From NCBI GenBank assembly GCA_964457775.1, contig CAYWEW010000001.1, forward strand, positions 17,783 through 81,782: a stretch of 64,000 bases of DNA. Reading direction: 5' to 3'. Below are positions 1 to 8,519 of this stretch, piece after piece. A program made the translations under genes and the position numbers. Origin of the DNA: an uncultured Candidatus Saccharibacteria bacterium (GTDB lineage Bacteria; Patescibacteriota; Minisyncoccia; Phycocordibacterales; UBA5272). The number at the start of each line of letters is the position of its first letter. The stretch's first letter is position 1. Under the pieces are notes generated by a model. It made no database searches, was not told the DNA's origin, and saw nothing but the letters and a program-made list of their open reading frames with translations.

Positions 1-723
1 TTTAACACTATTTAAATCTCCACCACTAAGAACAACACTCATTTTCCCTTTTGGTAATTCTTGTTTTGAGCCAGGAATAACAGAGGAGGTTACTATGGAA
101 GGTTCAAGTGCAAGGAGAGTGTCTAATTTGTATTTTATAGCATCTTCATCCAAATCATTTTGTTCTGCACTATGCGAAGGGTCATTATTTTGCAAGAATG
201 TATAGATTATGAAAGCGTTCGTTTCAAGCATTACCCTTTCGACTGTTTTACGAACCGACTCTAACTTTTCTTTTGTTTTTTCATCTGCCTTTTCATAGAA
301 TTCCAAAATTTTATGCTTTAGAAGTTTTAATTTTTCACTATTTTCGATGTGAGTACTTATATCTTCTTTATTGTTTACTCTTTCATCTTCTGGAAGATCG
401 GTATCCTTAGATAAACTCTCAACGAAACGATTAGAATCCTCATTTTGTACAGAAGACAATTTGCCATATTCTATATCAGCCTCAACCCCATCTAGAACTA
501 AGCTATTTTCAATCTTGCTTCTTAATGAATCAACTACCTCTCTTTGAGACATTTTGCTCGCCAAAAAAGCCAGGAGATTTTCAATATGTTTATGTACTTC
601 ATAAAATTCTGGTGATTGATGAGGTTTTTCTACATCAAAAAACTTTGGGGTTTTATTTCCATTATCTTCATTTTTATTATCGTGCTTACCTTCAACAAAT
701 TGTGGATTCTCTAAAGTACTCAT
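1..723 (-). CDS. Hypothetical acidic protein, N-terminal ~240 aa; the ORF runs off the left window edge
   Basis: Manual reverse-strand translation from ATG at 723 (MSTLENPQFVEGKHDNK...) has no stop down to position 1. It is absent from the ORF track because its stop lies outside the window. Confidence 0.4.
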   Translation of the reverse strand, partial: MSTLENPQFVEGKHDNKNEDNGNKTPKFFDVEKPHQSPEFYEVHKHIENLLAFLASKMSQREVVDSLRSKIENSLVLDGVEADIEYGKLSSVQNEDSNRFVESLSKDTDLPEDERVNNKEDISTHIENSEKLKLLKHKILEFYEKADEKTKEKLESVRKTVERVMLETNAFIIYTFLQNNDPSHSAEQNDLDEDAIKYKLDTLLALEPSIVTSSVIPGSKQELPKGKMSVVLSGGDLNSVK

Positions 724-727
724 GTTT

Positions 728-1243
728 TTATTTATTTTTATCTCTCAAGTCCATAAGCATGCGAGCCACCACTTCTACATCATTAACATTTTCCATTATA
801 AATTCTTGTTCAGTTCCAGCACTTTGTACTTTTAATTTTCCATATCCAAAAAAAGTAGCCACGAATCCACTTTTCTCAAAAGAAACATCCTGAATGCGGT
901 TAAGTTGCATAAAAGCTTCTTCTCTTTCAAAAATTTGTTTTTGGTTAACTGCAATAATGTGTCTGTCAGTTACATACCAGGTGTCGAGATAGTCTTTTGT
1001 CCAAGCATAAAAAAAGCTAGTCCAAAATATAATCACAAACATAACAAGAAGCATACCAATATAACTATCAATGTTAATATCAATAAAAGACAAAGACCCT
1101 CTAGCGGTAAAATAATTTGCCCCGATTAAAAAAATAAAACAAGCAAAAAAATGAATGAAAAAATCTTCGACATAAACCATCCAGTGTTTACGAACTTTCT
1201 CCAACATTACTTCACCTTCTTCTAATAATTGTTCCTGTTCCAT
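728..1243 (-). CDS. Membrane protein with bacterial PH-like (bPH_2 / YdbS-YdbT-like) domain
   Basis: 171 aa with two N-terminal TM helices followed by a soluble domain (VTDRHIIAVNQKQIFEREEAFMQLNRIQDVSFEKSGF...GYGKLKVQSAG) typical of membrane-flanked bPH_2 proteins. Confidence 0.5.
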   Translation of the reverse strand: MEQEQLLEEGEVMLEKVRKHWMVYVEDFFIHFFACFIFLIGANYFTARGSLSFIDINIDSYIGMLLVMFVIIFWTSFFYAWTKDYLDTWYVTDRHIIAVNQKQIFEREEAFMQLNRIQDVSFEKSGFVATFFGYGKLKVQSAGTEQEFIMENVNDVEVVARMLMDLRDKNK

Positions 1244-1475
1244 ATACTTAAATCGCTAACATATAAATAAATAATAGGACTGAACCAAAAAGAAAAAACA
1301 ATCTCGCTATTTGTACCCCTTTTTCATTTTTACCAAATTTCCACCAAACATATAATAGAATTCCTGCAAGAGGAATATAGATAACTAATGTTGTGAATAA
1401 AATAATAAGCGCTCCGTCCATGTATTAAGTATATCAGAAGATAGTGAATGGATCATATTTTGTTGTTGGTAAAAG

Positions 1476-1504
1476 TTGACATATATACATATTTATGATA
1501 TAAT
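1476..1504 (+). promoter_or_regulatory. Sigma70-type promoter with exact consensus TTGACA-17 nt-TATAAT
   Basis: ttgaca(1476-1481), spacer tatatacatatttatga, tataat(1499-1504). GGAGG RBS at 1535 and ATG at 1545 follow. Confidence 0.6.
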
Positions 1505-1544
1505 ATAGATTGGCAGTTCTTTCTAATTCCTTTTTGGAGGTGTC

Positions 1545-1979
1545 ATGGAAACAGTAATTCAAAAGAAAGTTCAAGGTTTGGCTGAAATGGTTATTGCTTT
1601 GAACGAGCTTTTCGGTAACCATTTGTGCCGTCTTAAGTTAAATGATGGCGCTGTCAATTTTCCGAAAAGGGATTACTCTTTCGGCGAGGCAATTGTTGGT
1701 ACCAATAATTCTTTGGTATTGAGATTCCTTATGTGTGATGACAATAGCCCTGGTGATTTGACGCCGTCGGTTCATGCGGTTGAGATGAACTTTATCAACT
1801 GCGACCACATCATCATAAATGAGCCAGGGTCAGATGACGTGTCGGTCGAGTTTTACTCAATCGATTGGCATACGTACCACAACGCCCCTGGATACGAATC
1901 CCCGATTGCCGGCTTCCAAACCGAAAGGGCTCGTCGCCTACTCGCTCCGATACATGTTGGCAAGTTAACCTACATGTGA
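1545..1979 (+). CDS. Hypothetical protein (144 aa)
   Basis: ORF with GGAGG RBS 6 nt upstream and a perfect promoter. The 3' half is GC-richer than the surroundings. Confidence 0.5.
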   Translation: METVIQKKVQGLAEMVIALNELFGNHLCRLKLNDGAVNFPKRDYSFGEAIVGTNNSLVLRFLMCDDNSPGDLTPSVHAVEMNFINCDHIIINEPGSDDVSVEFYSIDWHTYHNAPGYESPIAGFQTERARRLLAPIHVGKLTYM

Positions 1980-2029
1980 TTCGGATGTCTTTCAGAACCG
2001 CGTAACTTTTATAGTTATGTGGTTTTTTC

Positions 2030-4744
2030 TTATAAAGAGTATTTCTTCATTATTTCCGCTGTTACTTCGTCCACTGGACGGCCGTAGGTTAAGTAACTTA
2101 ACTCTTTTAATGCGTCAATCTTTGTAATGTCACCACGGGGAGGAAATGGTACGAACATATCAAATGGTTTCTTTGGGTCACCATTTGCTAGTATTTTTAT
2201 ATATGCATTATGATTAGATATTTTCATTATATCTCCCGCATTAAATGTTGGTTCAAACTTTGACTCAAGATACTTAGCATCTTCTGGAGAAACTCTATGT
2301 ATTGCCATAGATCCAACGTTACCGAATACTGCACCTTTGATGTCTTCGGTAAGTTGTCCAATATATTGATGAGCAACAGTGAGCGACAATCTATACTTAC
2401 GGGCCTCTGACAGAATAGACGCAATTGCTGGAGTGGTAACGTTTTGGAATTCATCAATATACAAAAAAAAGTCTGGCCGAATATTAGTGTCAACTCTTCC
2501 AAGTGCTGCTTGTGCGAATTTTCCAACAATAATTAGACCGAGTAACTCTGCATTCTTATCACCAAGCTTACCCTTTGCAAGATTAACAAGGAGTATCTTT
2601 TTTGTATCCATTATTTCTCTAAAATTAAACGCGGACTTTTCTTGGGCAATAATTGGACGCATAATGTCGTTTGACATAAACACATCGAATTTACTATTAA
2701 CATATTGTGTCCAATTTTGAAGACCTTGATCCCCTGTTGTCTTCTCCGCATTTTGCCAAAATTGCAAAATGAGAGGATTCTTGCATTTTGATAATTTATA
2801 ATCACGAAAATCTTTATCAGAAAACACACGTGAAATATCAAGTAGAGTGTTACCTGATTCTGGATGCTCCATAACTAACAATGTGGCATTACGGAAATAT
2901 TGCTCAAATCCTGGGCCTCCAGTTGCCTTCATATCAAACAATTTATCAAATATACCAAGAAGTTCATTAACCACAAAAGTCTTCGTTTCTGGATGATTTC
3001 TGTCATATTCAAGCATATTTAGCCCCATAGGACGTGGCATATACGCAGGATCAAAGTAAATCACATCTTTAGCCCTTTCAGCTGGAATATTCGCGAGAAT
3101 ATCTACAATATCCGTACCGTGTGGGTCGATGAAACAACAGCCTTCCCCATTATTAATATCCTGAATTATCATTCGCTTCAAAAAAACGGTCTTACCAGTA
3201 CCCGTCTGCCCTATAACATACATATGCCTCATACGGTCTTCTTTTCCGAAATGAATTTCTGTTTCTAGTCCTCTGTTTTTATTAACTCCAAGAATTATTC
3301 CTTCTGAACATAAATCAACTGGTGCTGGTGATTGTGTATAAGAGCTCTCTCTAACGTTTCCAACATCTTTTGACTGCATTGGAAAATGGAATATTGATGC
3401 AAGTTCTGAAAGATTAAGTGGGTAACTCTCATCCTCATTCCACAAACGATAAGAATAACGATGAAGTAATGCTTTTTGTTTTCTTCCTTCTACTTCTTCC
3501 CATTTTATACTGTTACCATTTATTTCAGCGAATTGTGAAAAAGATGCTTCCAATTCTCCACGTATTGCCTGAGCACGAGAAAGTGAAGATGCTGACGAAA
3601 CGATACGAATATTTGTTTCTATAATTGTCTTTGAAAGTTTTTCTTGGATAAGTTTGGTTGCACTTTCATCTATGTGTGTTGTTTTCTTCTCTTTATCTTT
3701 TTCAATTTCTTCTTTTGATTTTCCACCTGAAAACATTTCTCCTAGAAGATGAAGTGACTCCTTGAGTATGCTTTGTTTATCAATTACACGCTTAAGTGTC
3801 TCTCCTTTTCTTAAATCTTCTAACATTTCTCCGAATCGCTTCGCGAACACATCTCCTGCAGGACGAATTAATATTTGCAAAGCAAGACCTTCATCATCTT
3901 TTGCCATTTTGGTAAAAGAAGCGATTATAACCGTCATTGGGTCACCTTCCATTGTTGCATAAGTTTTAATCGGCAGAACTGGGTGCGTCATATGAGTCGC
4001 ATATGAGCAAGCGGTGATAGCATGGTCGTGGAAAATATTATAATCTTCTTTGCATTCTTTTACCTGTGCAGTCGGGAAAATACCTAAAACTACTTTTTCA
4101 AAAAGTGGGGCATAGTCTATATGAACTGCGCAATAAAATACTGCCGTTGTAACACCGTTTGCAACTGCAAGTTCAAGAGAATAATAATTCTTCTCTTTAT
4201 TCGTTGCATCAGATGCCAGTGCTTGCATAGAAGCATACCACTGCTCCATTAGCCCCATCATTTCTTTTACTTGTTTTGTTTGACCATCCCCTGCATCAGG
4301 CAATACTATTTCGAACAATTTCATGTGGAGAGCTTTCCATTCATCCTTTGATACATCATTTTTTAATTCATGTCCTGAAATTAAATATTGAACAACAAAT
4401 CTTTCAAAATCATCTTCCACTTGTGGGCTATTCAAATCTTCTGCTACTTTAAAAGCATTTTTTATACCCTTTTCAGCCATAACCTGAGAAAGCATACGGA
4501 CTTGAGCGTCTGTTTCCTTTGGTGCTAACCATTCAAGCAATCGGTGCTGTTCACCCGCAGAAACATGGGCTGTTGGTGCAATAATTTTTTCTAAAGGAGT
4601 TTCTTTATAATCACGCACAACTTCATGAGCTCTATCTTTTTCTGTAAATCTACCTTCGAAACCTTTTGCTCTTTCCATTTTATCTGCAACTTGAGAACGA
4701 AGATAAGCAATCTCTTCTTCAGGAGTTGTAAATTGAGTATTCAT
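2030..4744 (-). CDS. FtsK/HerA/TraG-superfamily P-loop ATPase, VirD4/TraD (type IV coupling protein)-like but without N-terminal TM segments
   Basis: 904 aa. Walker A IGQTGTGKT is followed by CFIDPHGTDIV. Walker B FFLYIDEFQNV is followed by EARKYRLSLTVAHQYIGQL, resembling the TraG-D_C RK..(Q..QL) motif. The N-terminal ~450 aa is a soluble helical region. Confidence 0.65.
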   Translation of the reverse strand: MNTQFTTPEEEIAYLRSQVADKMERAKGFEGRFTEKDRAHEVVRDYKETPLEKIIAPTAHVSAGEQHRLLEWLAPKETDAQVRMLSQVMAEKGIKNAFKVAEDLNSPQVEDDFERFVVQYLISGHELKNDVSKDEWKALHMKLFEIVLPDAGDGQTKQVKEMMGLMEQWYASMQALASDATNKEKNYYSLELAVANGVTTAVFYCAVHIDYAPLFEKVVLGIFPTAQVKECKEDYNIFHDHAITACSYATHMTHPVLPIKTYATMEGDPMTVIIASFTKMAKDDEGLALQILIRPAGDVFAKRFGEMLEDLRKGETLKRVIDKQSILKESLHLLGEMFSGGKSKEEIEKDKEKKTTHIDESATKLIQEKLSKTIIETNIRIVSSASSLSRAQAIRGELEASFSQFAEINGNSIKWEEVEGRKQKALLHRYSYRLWNEDESYPLNLSELASIFHFPMQSKDVGNVRESSYTQSPAPVDLCSEGIILGVNKNRGLETEIHFGKEDRMRHMYVIGQTGTGKTVFLKRMIIQDINNGEGCCFIDPHGTDIVDILANIPAERAKDVIYFDPAYMPRPMGLNMLEYDRNHPETKTFVVNELLGIFDKLFDMKATGGPGFEQYFRNATLLVMEHPESGNTLLDISRVFSDKDFRDYKLSKCKNPLILQFWQNAEKTTGDQGLQNWTQYVNSKFDVFMSNDIMRPIIAQEKSAFNFREIMDTKKILLVNLAKGKLGDKNAELLGLIIVGKFAQAALGRVDTNIRPDFFLYIDEFQNVTTPAIASILSEARKYRLSLTVAHQYIGQLTEDIKGAVFGNVGSMAIHRVSPEDAKYLESKFEPTFNAGDIMKISNHNAYIKILANGDPKKPFDMFVPFPPRGDITKIDALKELSYLTYGRPVDEVTAEIMKKYSL

Positions 4745-4785
4745 AGGTACAGTATATAGTTACTGGTTACTAGTTACTAGTGGAT

Positions 4786-4816
4786 ACAAAATCGGCCACT
4801 TCGTGGCCGATTTTGT
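4786..4816. terminator. Rho-independent terminator-like hairpin (13-bp perfect stem)
   Basis: acaaaatcggccac-ttcg-gtggccgattttgt, flanked by T/A runs, lies between two minus-strand genes. Confidence 0.55.
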
Positions 4817-4827
4817 ATTTTCATAAA

Positions 4828-5493
4828 TTAAACTGTTGGCTTTACTGGTTGAGCAAGTGGTGGTGGTACTAATTCCTCTGATATAGCTGGTTCCATATTT
4901 TGAACTACAGGTGCACTAGCTACTTCTACTACAGGAGTCGAATCAATAACCTCTGTTGCTATTGTTTGTGCTGGAATAGATTGTGCTACCACAGGTGATT
5001 CTTCTACTACTGTTGAAACTTCTACTTGAGAAATAACCTCAACTGGAACTTCTACAATTCCTGGTACTTCTACAGCTTCTGTCACTGGAGCTTCTTCAAC
5101 TACAGCAATCGGTTCCGGTGCTGATGGTCTCCATGATGAAACAGGTGGCACAGTTTCTGCAACAACAGGAGCCGTTACAGGCTCTACGGTTGGTGTAGGC
5201 ACTTCCACAACTGGTTGTGCGGGTTCTTGTGCAACTACCGGCTCTGATACTGGAGCTGGTGCAACAACCTCCACGGGAGCAGGAGCACTTACTGGTGTAA
5301 TCACTGGACTAACCACTTCTTCAGCTGGAGATGGGGCGGGTGTTGTCGTAACTGGTGGTACAGGAACTTGCGCTATAACTTCTGCTGGGTGGGATTTGTT
5401 AAGAACAACAAGCAGTACAACCAAAATAAGGATTACCGGTACCAAAAAAATAATTAATGGTGTATTCGCAAAAAAAGAAGAGATGGTTTCCAT
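4828..5493 (-). CDS. Membrane-anchored Pro/Val/Glu/Ala-rich low-complexity protein
   Basis: 221 aa. N-terminal TM (LIIFLVPVILILVVLLVVL) is followed by repetitive PVxxP/EVV tracts. Confidence 0.5.
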   Translation of the reverse strand: METISSFFANTPLIIFLVPVILILVVLLVVLNKSHPAEVIAQVPVPPVTTTPAPSPAEEVVSPVITPVSAPAPVEVVAPAPVSEPVVAQEPAQPVVEVPTPTVEPVTAPVVAETVPPVSSWRPSAPEPIAVVEEAPVTEAVEVPGIVEVPVEVISQVEVSTVVEESPVVAQSIPAQTIATEVIDSTPVVEVASAPVVQNMEPAISEELVPPPLAQPVKPTV

Positions 5494-5592
5494 GAAAAAT
5501 AAGCTTTTAATTTTTAATATATATATAGTGTAACCCCCTTATTAAAGAGAGTAAAGGAATAATGTGAGCAACCATAATATATAAAATCTTAA

Positions 5593-6000
5593 TTAATTAG
5601 TTTTTTCTGGTGGTGTGTACACGGCACTTCCTAAAGCAAGTATCGGTAAAAAGATGAACGGTAACAATACTAGTCCAATTGTAAACGGAATGTCAAATCC
5701 AAATCTTTTACTTAGGTGATAAGATAGATATATACTAACAACCCAACTTACGACTGGTATAAAAAAACCGATCAATAACCACCACGGCTTACCCACAATA
5801 GCAGTCCAAACATACATATTATAAAAAGGAATAATCGCTTCCCACCATTTACGTCCAGCTTTTTTGAAAATTAAAATAATGGACGCAACCATTACAATTA
5901 AAAAAATTGCAAGAAATCCAAAAAATGCACTTCCGCCTAACATTGCCATTGGACCAAAACTAGAGGAACTAAAGGATGATATATTTTGAAAATAATTCAT
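5593..6000 (-). CDS. Small polytopic membrane protein (3-4 TM), hypothetical
   Basis: 135 aa, hydrophobic segments with a KKAGRKWWEAIIPFYNMY loop. Confidence 0.5.
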   Translation of the reverse strand: MNYFQNISSFSSSSFGPMAMLGGSAFFGFLAIFLIVMVASIILIFKKAGRKWWEAIIPFYNMYVWTAIVGKPWWLLIGFFIPVVSWVVSIYLSYHLSKRFGFDIPFTIGLVLLPFIFLPILALGSAVYTPPEKTN

Positions 6001-6044
6001 AATAAATAGATTATTGATAACTTTTTTAGTATATCAAAAACAAA

Positions 6045-6815
6045 TTAAAGAACAGTAAGTATTTCTGCCTTCCCTTCTGTAATCAAAATCGTGTGTTCAA
6101 AATGAGCAGACTTTTTATGGTCCTTGGTAATGAAAGTATAGCCATCGTCTGCCAAATATACTTCATCAGTTCCATGATTAACCATCGGTTCAAGTGCAAG
6201 CACCATACCTGGAACAAGTTTAGGTCCTTTTATACCATCATCAAAGTTCGGCACATATGGTTCTTCATGAACTTTGTAACCGACACCGTGCCCTGATAAT
6301 ATTTTTACAATACCGTATTTTTTTGGTATTGATTTTTCAATGGCTTTTGAAATATCATTTACATAGTTTCCACCTCTAGCAGCATTTATTCCTGCCATGA
6401 GTGCCTCCTTGGTAACTCTCATCAACTCTTCATCTTCTTTACTAATCTTTCCAACAGCAACCGTGACAGCAGAATCAGATATCATTCCTTTATGTGTCAC
6501 TCCACCATCTAACCCAACTATGTCCCCCTCTTTTAGTACTCTATCCCCACCTATACCATGAACTACTTCATCATTAACTGAAATACAAATACTTCCAGGA
6601 TATGGATAGGAGGCTCCAAAAGGCTTGTAGTTAAGAAATGCCGGCTTATCCCCCATATCAGTAATCATTTTATAAACAAAATCATTTAAATAACCAGTTG
6701 TGACTCCCGGTTTTACTTCTTTTGAAACAGCTTGAAGCACCGAGGCTAACCTCTTACCACTTTCCCGTAGTTTTTTTATATCATTTTCATTTTTAAGTTT
6801 AATGTCGTATTTCAT
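6045..6815 (-). CDS. map: Methionine aminopeptidase type I
   Basis: Type I MetAP active-site motifs (VVHGIGGDRVLKEGDIVGLD, HGVGYKVHEEP, LALEPMVN, SAHFEHTILIT). Canonical position after adk. Confidence 0.9.
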   Translation of the reverse strand: MKYDIKLKNENDIKKLRESGKRLASVLQAVSKEVKPGVTTGYLNDFVYKMITDMGDKPAFLNYKPFGASYPYPGSICISVNDEVVHGIGGDRVLKEGDIVGLDGGVTHKGMISDSAVTVAVGKISKEDEELMRVTKEALMAGINAARGGNYVNDISKAIEKSIPKKYGIVKILSGHGVGYKVHEEPYVPNFDDGIKGPKLVPGMVLALEPMVNHGTDEVYLADDGYTFITKDHKKSAHFEHTILITEGKAEILTVL

Positions 6816-6817
6816 AA

Positions 6818-7420
6818 CTAATTATTTTTTAAGGAATTCAATTTCTGCATAATTTCATTTTGAACTTCTTCAATAGTTTGATTGCCATTTATACGTAAAA
6901 CGACATAGCGAGGGTCATTCAAATAAACATCAAGTGTTGGTAATACATCTGTCTCGAACCAATCCATACGATTAGTAACATCAGATTCTATCTTGTCATC
7001 TTCACGTCCACGTAAAGCGATGTGTTTTCTTGAAACACTTTCCGACGTTTCTAAATAAATTACAATTGGTTTCTGATATCCCAAAAAATTAATTGCACTA
7101 TGTAAAACATGAACCTCAAAAGGCTTTCTTGGTGCACCATCTAGGATAATAGTTTCTCCTCCTTTTAAATTATCAATAAAAAAGTTTGACCACCCCCAAA
7201 CTGCCAAAAATTCTGGTTGAAGAGCTCCTGTGTCATTAATATTTTTGGCCAATTTTGCTACATAATTATCTTTTGTAATAAAATCACGAAATCCACCACC
7301 TGTAGTGACATGAATAACTTTCTCCACACCTTGATTCATTAGAGTGCTCCTAAGTAATTCGGCTTGTGTTCCTTTCCCACTCCCAGAACGTCCAATCAAA
7401 ATAAAGAATTGTTTCTGCAT
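6818..7420 (-). CDS. adk: Adenylate kinase
   Basis: P-loop GRSGSGKGTQAELL and ILDGAPR motif. Sits between secY and map as in the spc operon. Confidence 0.85.
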   Translation of the reverse strand: MQKQFFILIGRSGSGKGTQAELLRSTLMNQGVEKVIHVTTGGGFRDFITKDNYVAKLAKNINDTGALQPEFLAVWGWSNFFIDNLKGGETIILDGAPRKPFEVHVLHSAINFLGYQKPIVIYLETSESVSRKHIALRGREDDKIESDVTNRMDWFETDVLPTLDVYLNDPRYVVLRINGNQTIEEVQNEIMQKLNSLKNN

Positions 7421-7561
7421 CTAACAATACTACCATAAAACATATACTTGTAACTAGTTATGCTTCCCTTGATAATAACCTTATTCTCTTTCTAATTCCT
7501 TGGAACAGTAGCACTAATATCTAAAATTGTTTTAAATTTATTAATCATAATTAGTTAATTA

Positions 7562-8413
7562 CTATCTAAAGCCAGACAATTTACCATCTCTTGTATACTC
7601 TGACTGAAGATCTGCTGACTGCTTGCTGCCGTCCTGATTAACTACTTCAATTCTAACTATGTCGAGTTTTTGTGAATAAGTAAAATCAGCATGAAGAGTG
7701 CTGTCATCGTAGCAAACATCTTCATTAAAACTGCCAATTTTACTATTCTTTTTTCTTTCAATACAGACATATGCCGTTCCTTGTGAACTGTCGTTATTGG
7801 GAACTACTTTAGCAACAAGAACCAGATCATGTCTCTCAAAAAAATTAATAGTTGCGTTATCAAATCTAGCTATTTTCAGTAAATTTTCTGGGCTTAATCT
7901 TGGCACTTTTGTTACACGTGCTGGTTCAACTGCAGAAATTCCATACTTTTCTGCTAACCTTGGTATTATTGTTTTTTTCGCTAGTTCAATAAATTCGTAT
8001 CTATTATTAAATTGTTTAAAAGTACAGGATGAATCCATAATATGTTCACCTGTTTCGGAATAAATGCCAAATTGTATTGATGCACATCTAAAAGTAAGAA
8101 CTGCTGGGCCAAATTTAACCAATGGAATATTTCTTTTTGCTAGCTCTTGATTAAAAAGGGTTTCGTTTTGTATGAGCATCCTCCTAAACTGCATCTCACT
8201 ACTTTCTTGAAATTCTACACCAGAGGTCTCTGCTAAAGCATTTTCTGATGTAACAATTTGTCCACCTGCAACAGCTGTACCAACAAGAATTGCTGTACTG
8301 ATTGTATTCCTAACGCGACCAAAAATATCTTTTTCTTTATTATCTGATTTTAATTGTGGTAAATTTTCTTCTATATTTTCCATATTATATATAAGTATAT
8401 ATCTATATAGCAA
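7562..8413 (-). CDS. Hypothetical protein with N-terminal TM anchor, inserted between secY and adk
   Basis: 283-aa ORF with no recognisable motif. The start codon is uncertain (MLYRY... or MENIEEN...). Confidence 0.45.
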   Translation of the reverse strand: MLYRYILIYNMENIEENLPQLKSDNKEKDIFGRVRNTISTAILVGTAVAGGQIVTSENALAETSGVEFQESSEMQFRRMLIQNETLFNQELAKRNIPLVKFGPAVLTFRCASIQFGIYSETGEHIMDSSCTFKQFNNRYEFIELAKKTIIPRLAEKYGISAVEPARVTKVPRLSPENLLKIARFDNATINFFERHDLVLVAKVVPNNDSSQGTAYVCIERKKNSKIGSFNEDVCYDDSTLHADFTYSQKLDIVRIEVVNQDGSKQSADLQSEYTRDGKLSGFR

Positions 8414-8519
8414 TGTTACCTAAATAAAATATAAATATTGATCAAATTTACAAAAAGACCAATAAACTTGGCCAATTTTGTTTATCTAATAAATAATTAC
8501 CGAAAAGACTAATCAATTA

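Noticed and set aside
525-1129. Plus-strand ORFs 525-893 and 905-1129 from the track
   Set aside because: They lie antisense to better-supported minus-strand genes (the 1-723 partial gene and the 728-1243 bPH-like gene). Low-complexity translation; no RBS.
2227-4000. Internal and antisense ORFs inside the 904-aa ATPase gene (2227-2529, 2379-2720, 2611-2841, 3418-3624, 3762-3962)
   Set aside because: Fully nested in a long, motif-bearing CDS. Typical AT-rich spurious ORFs.
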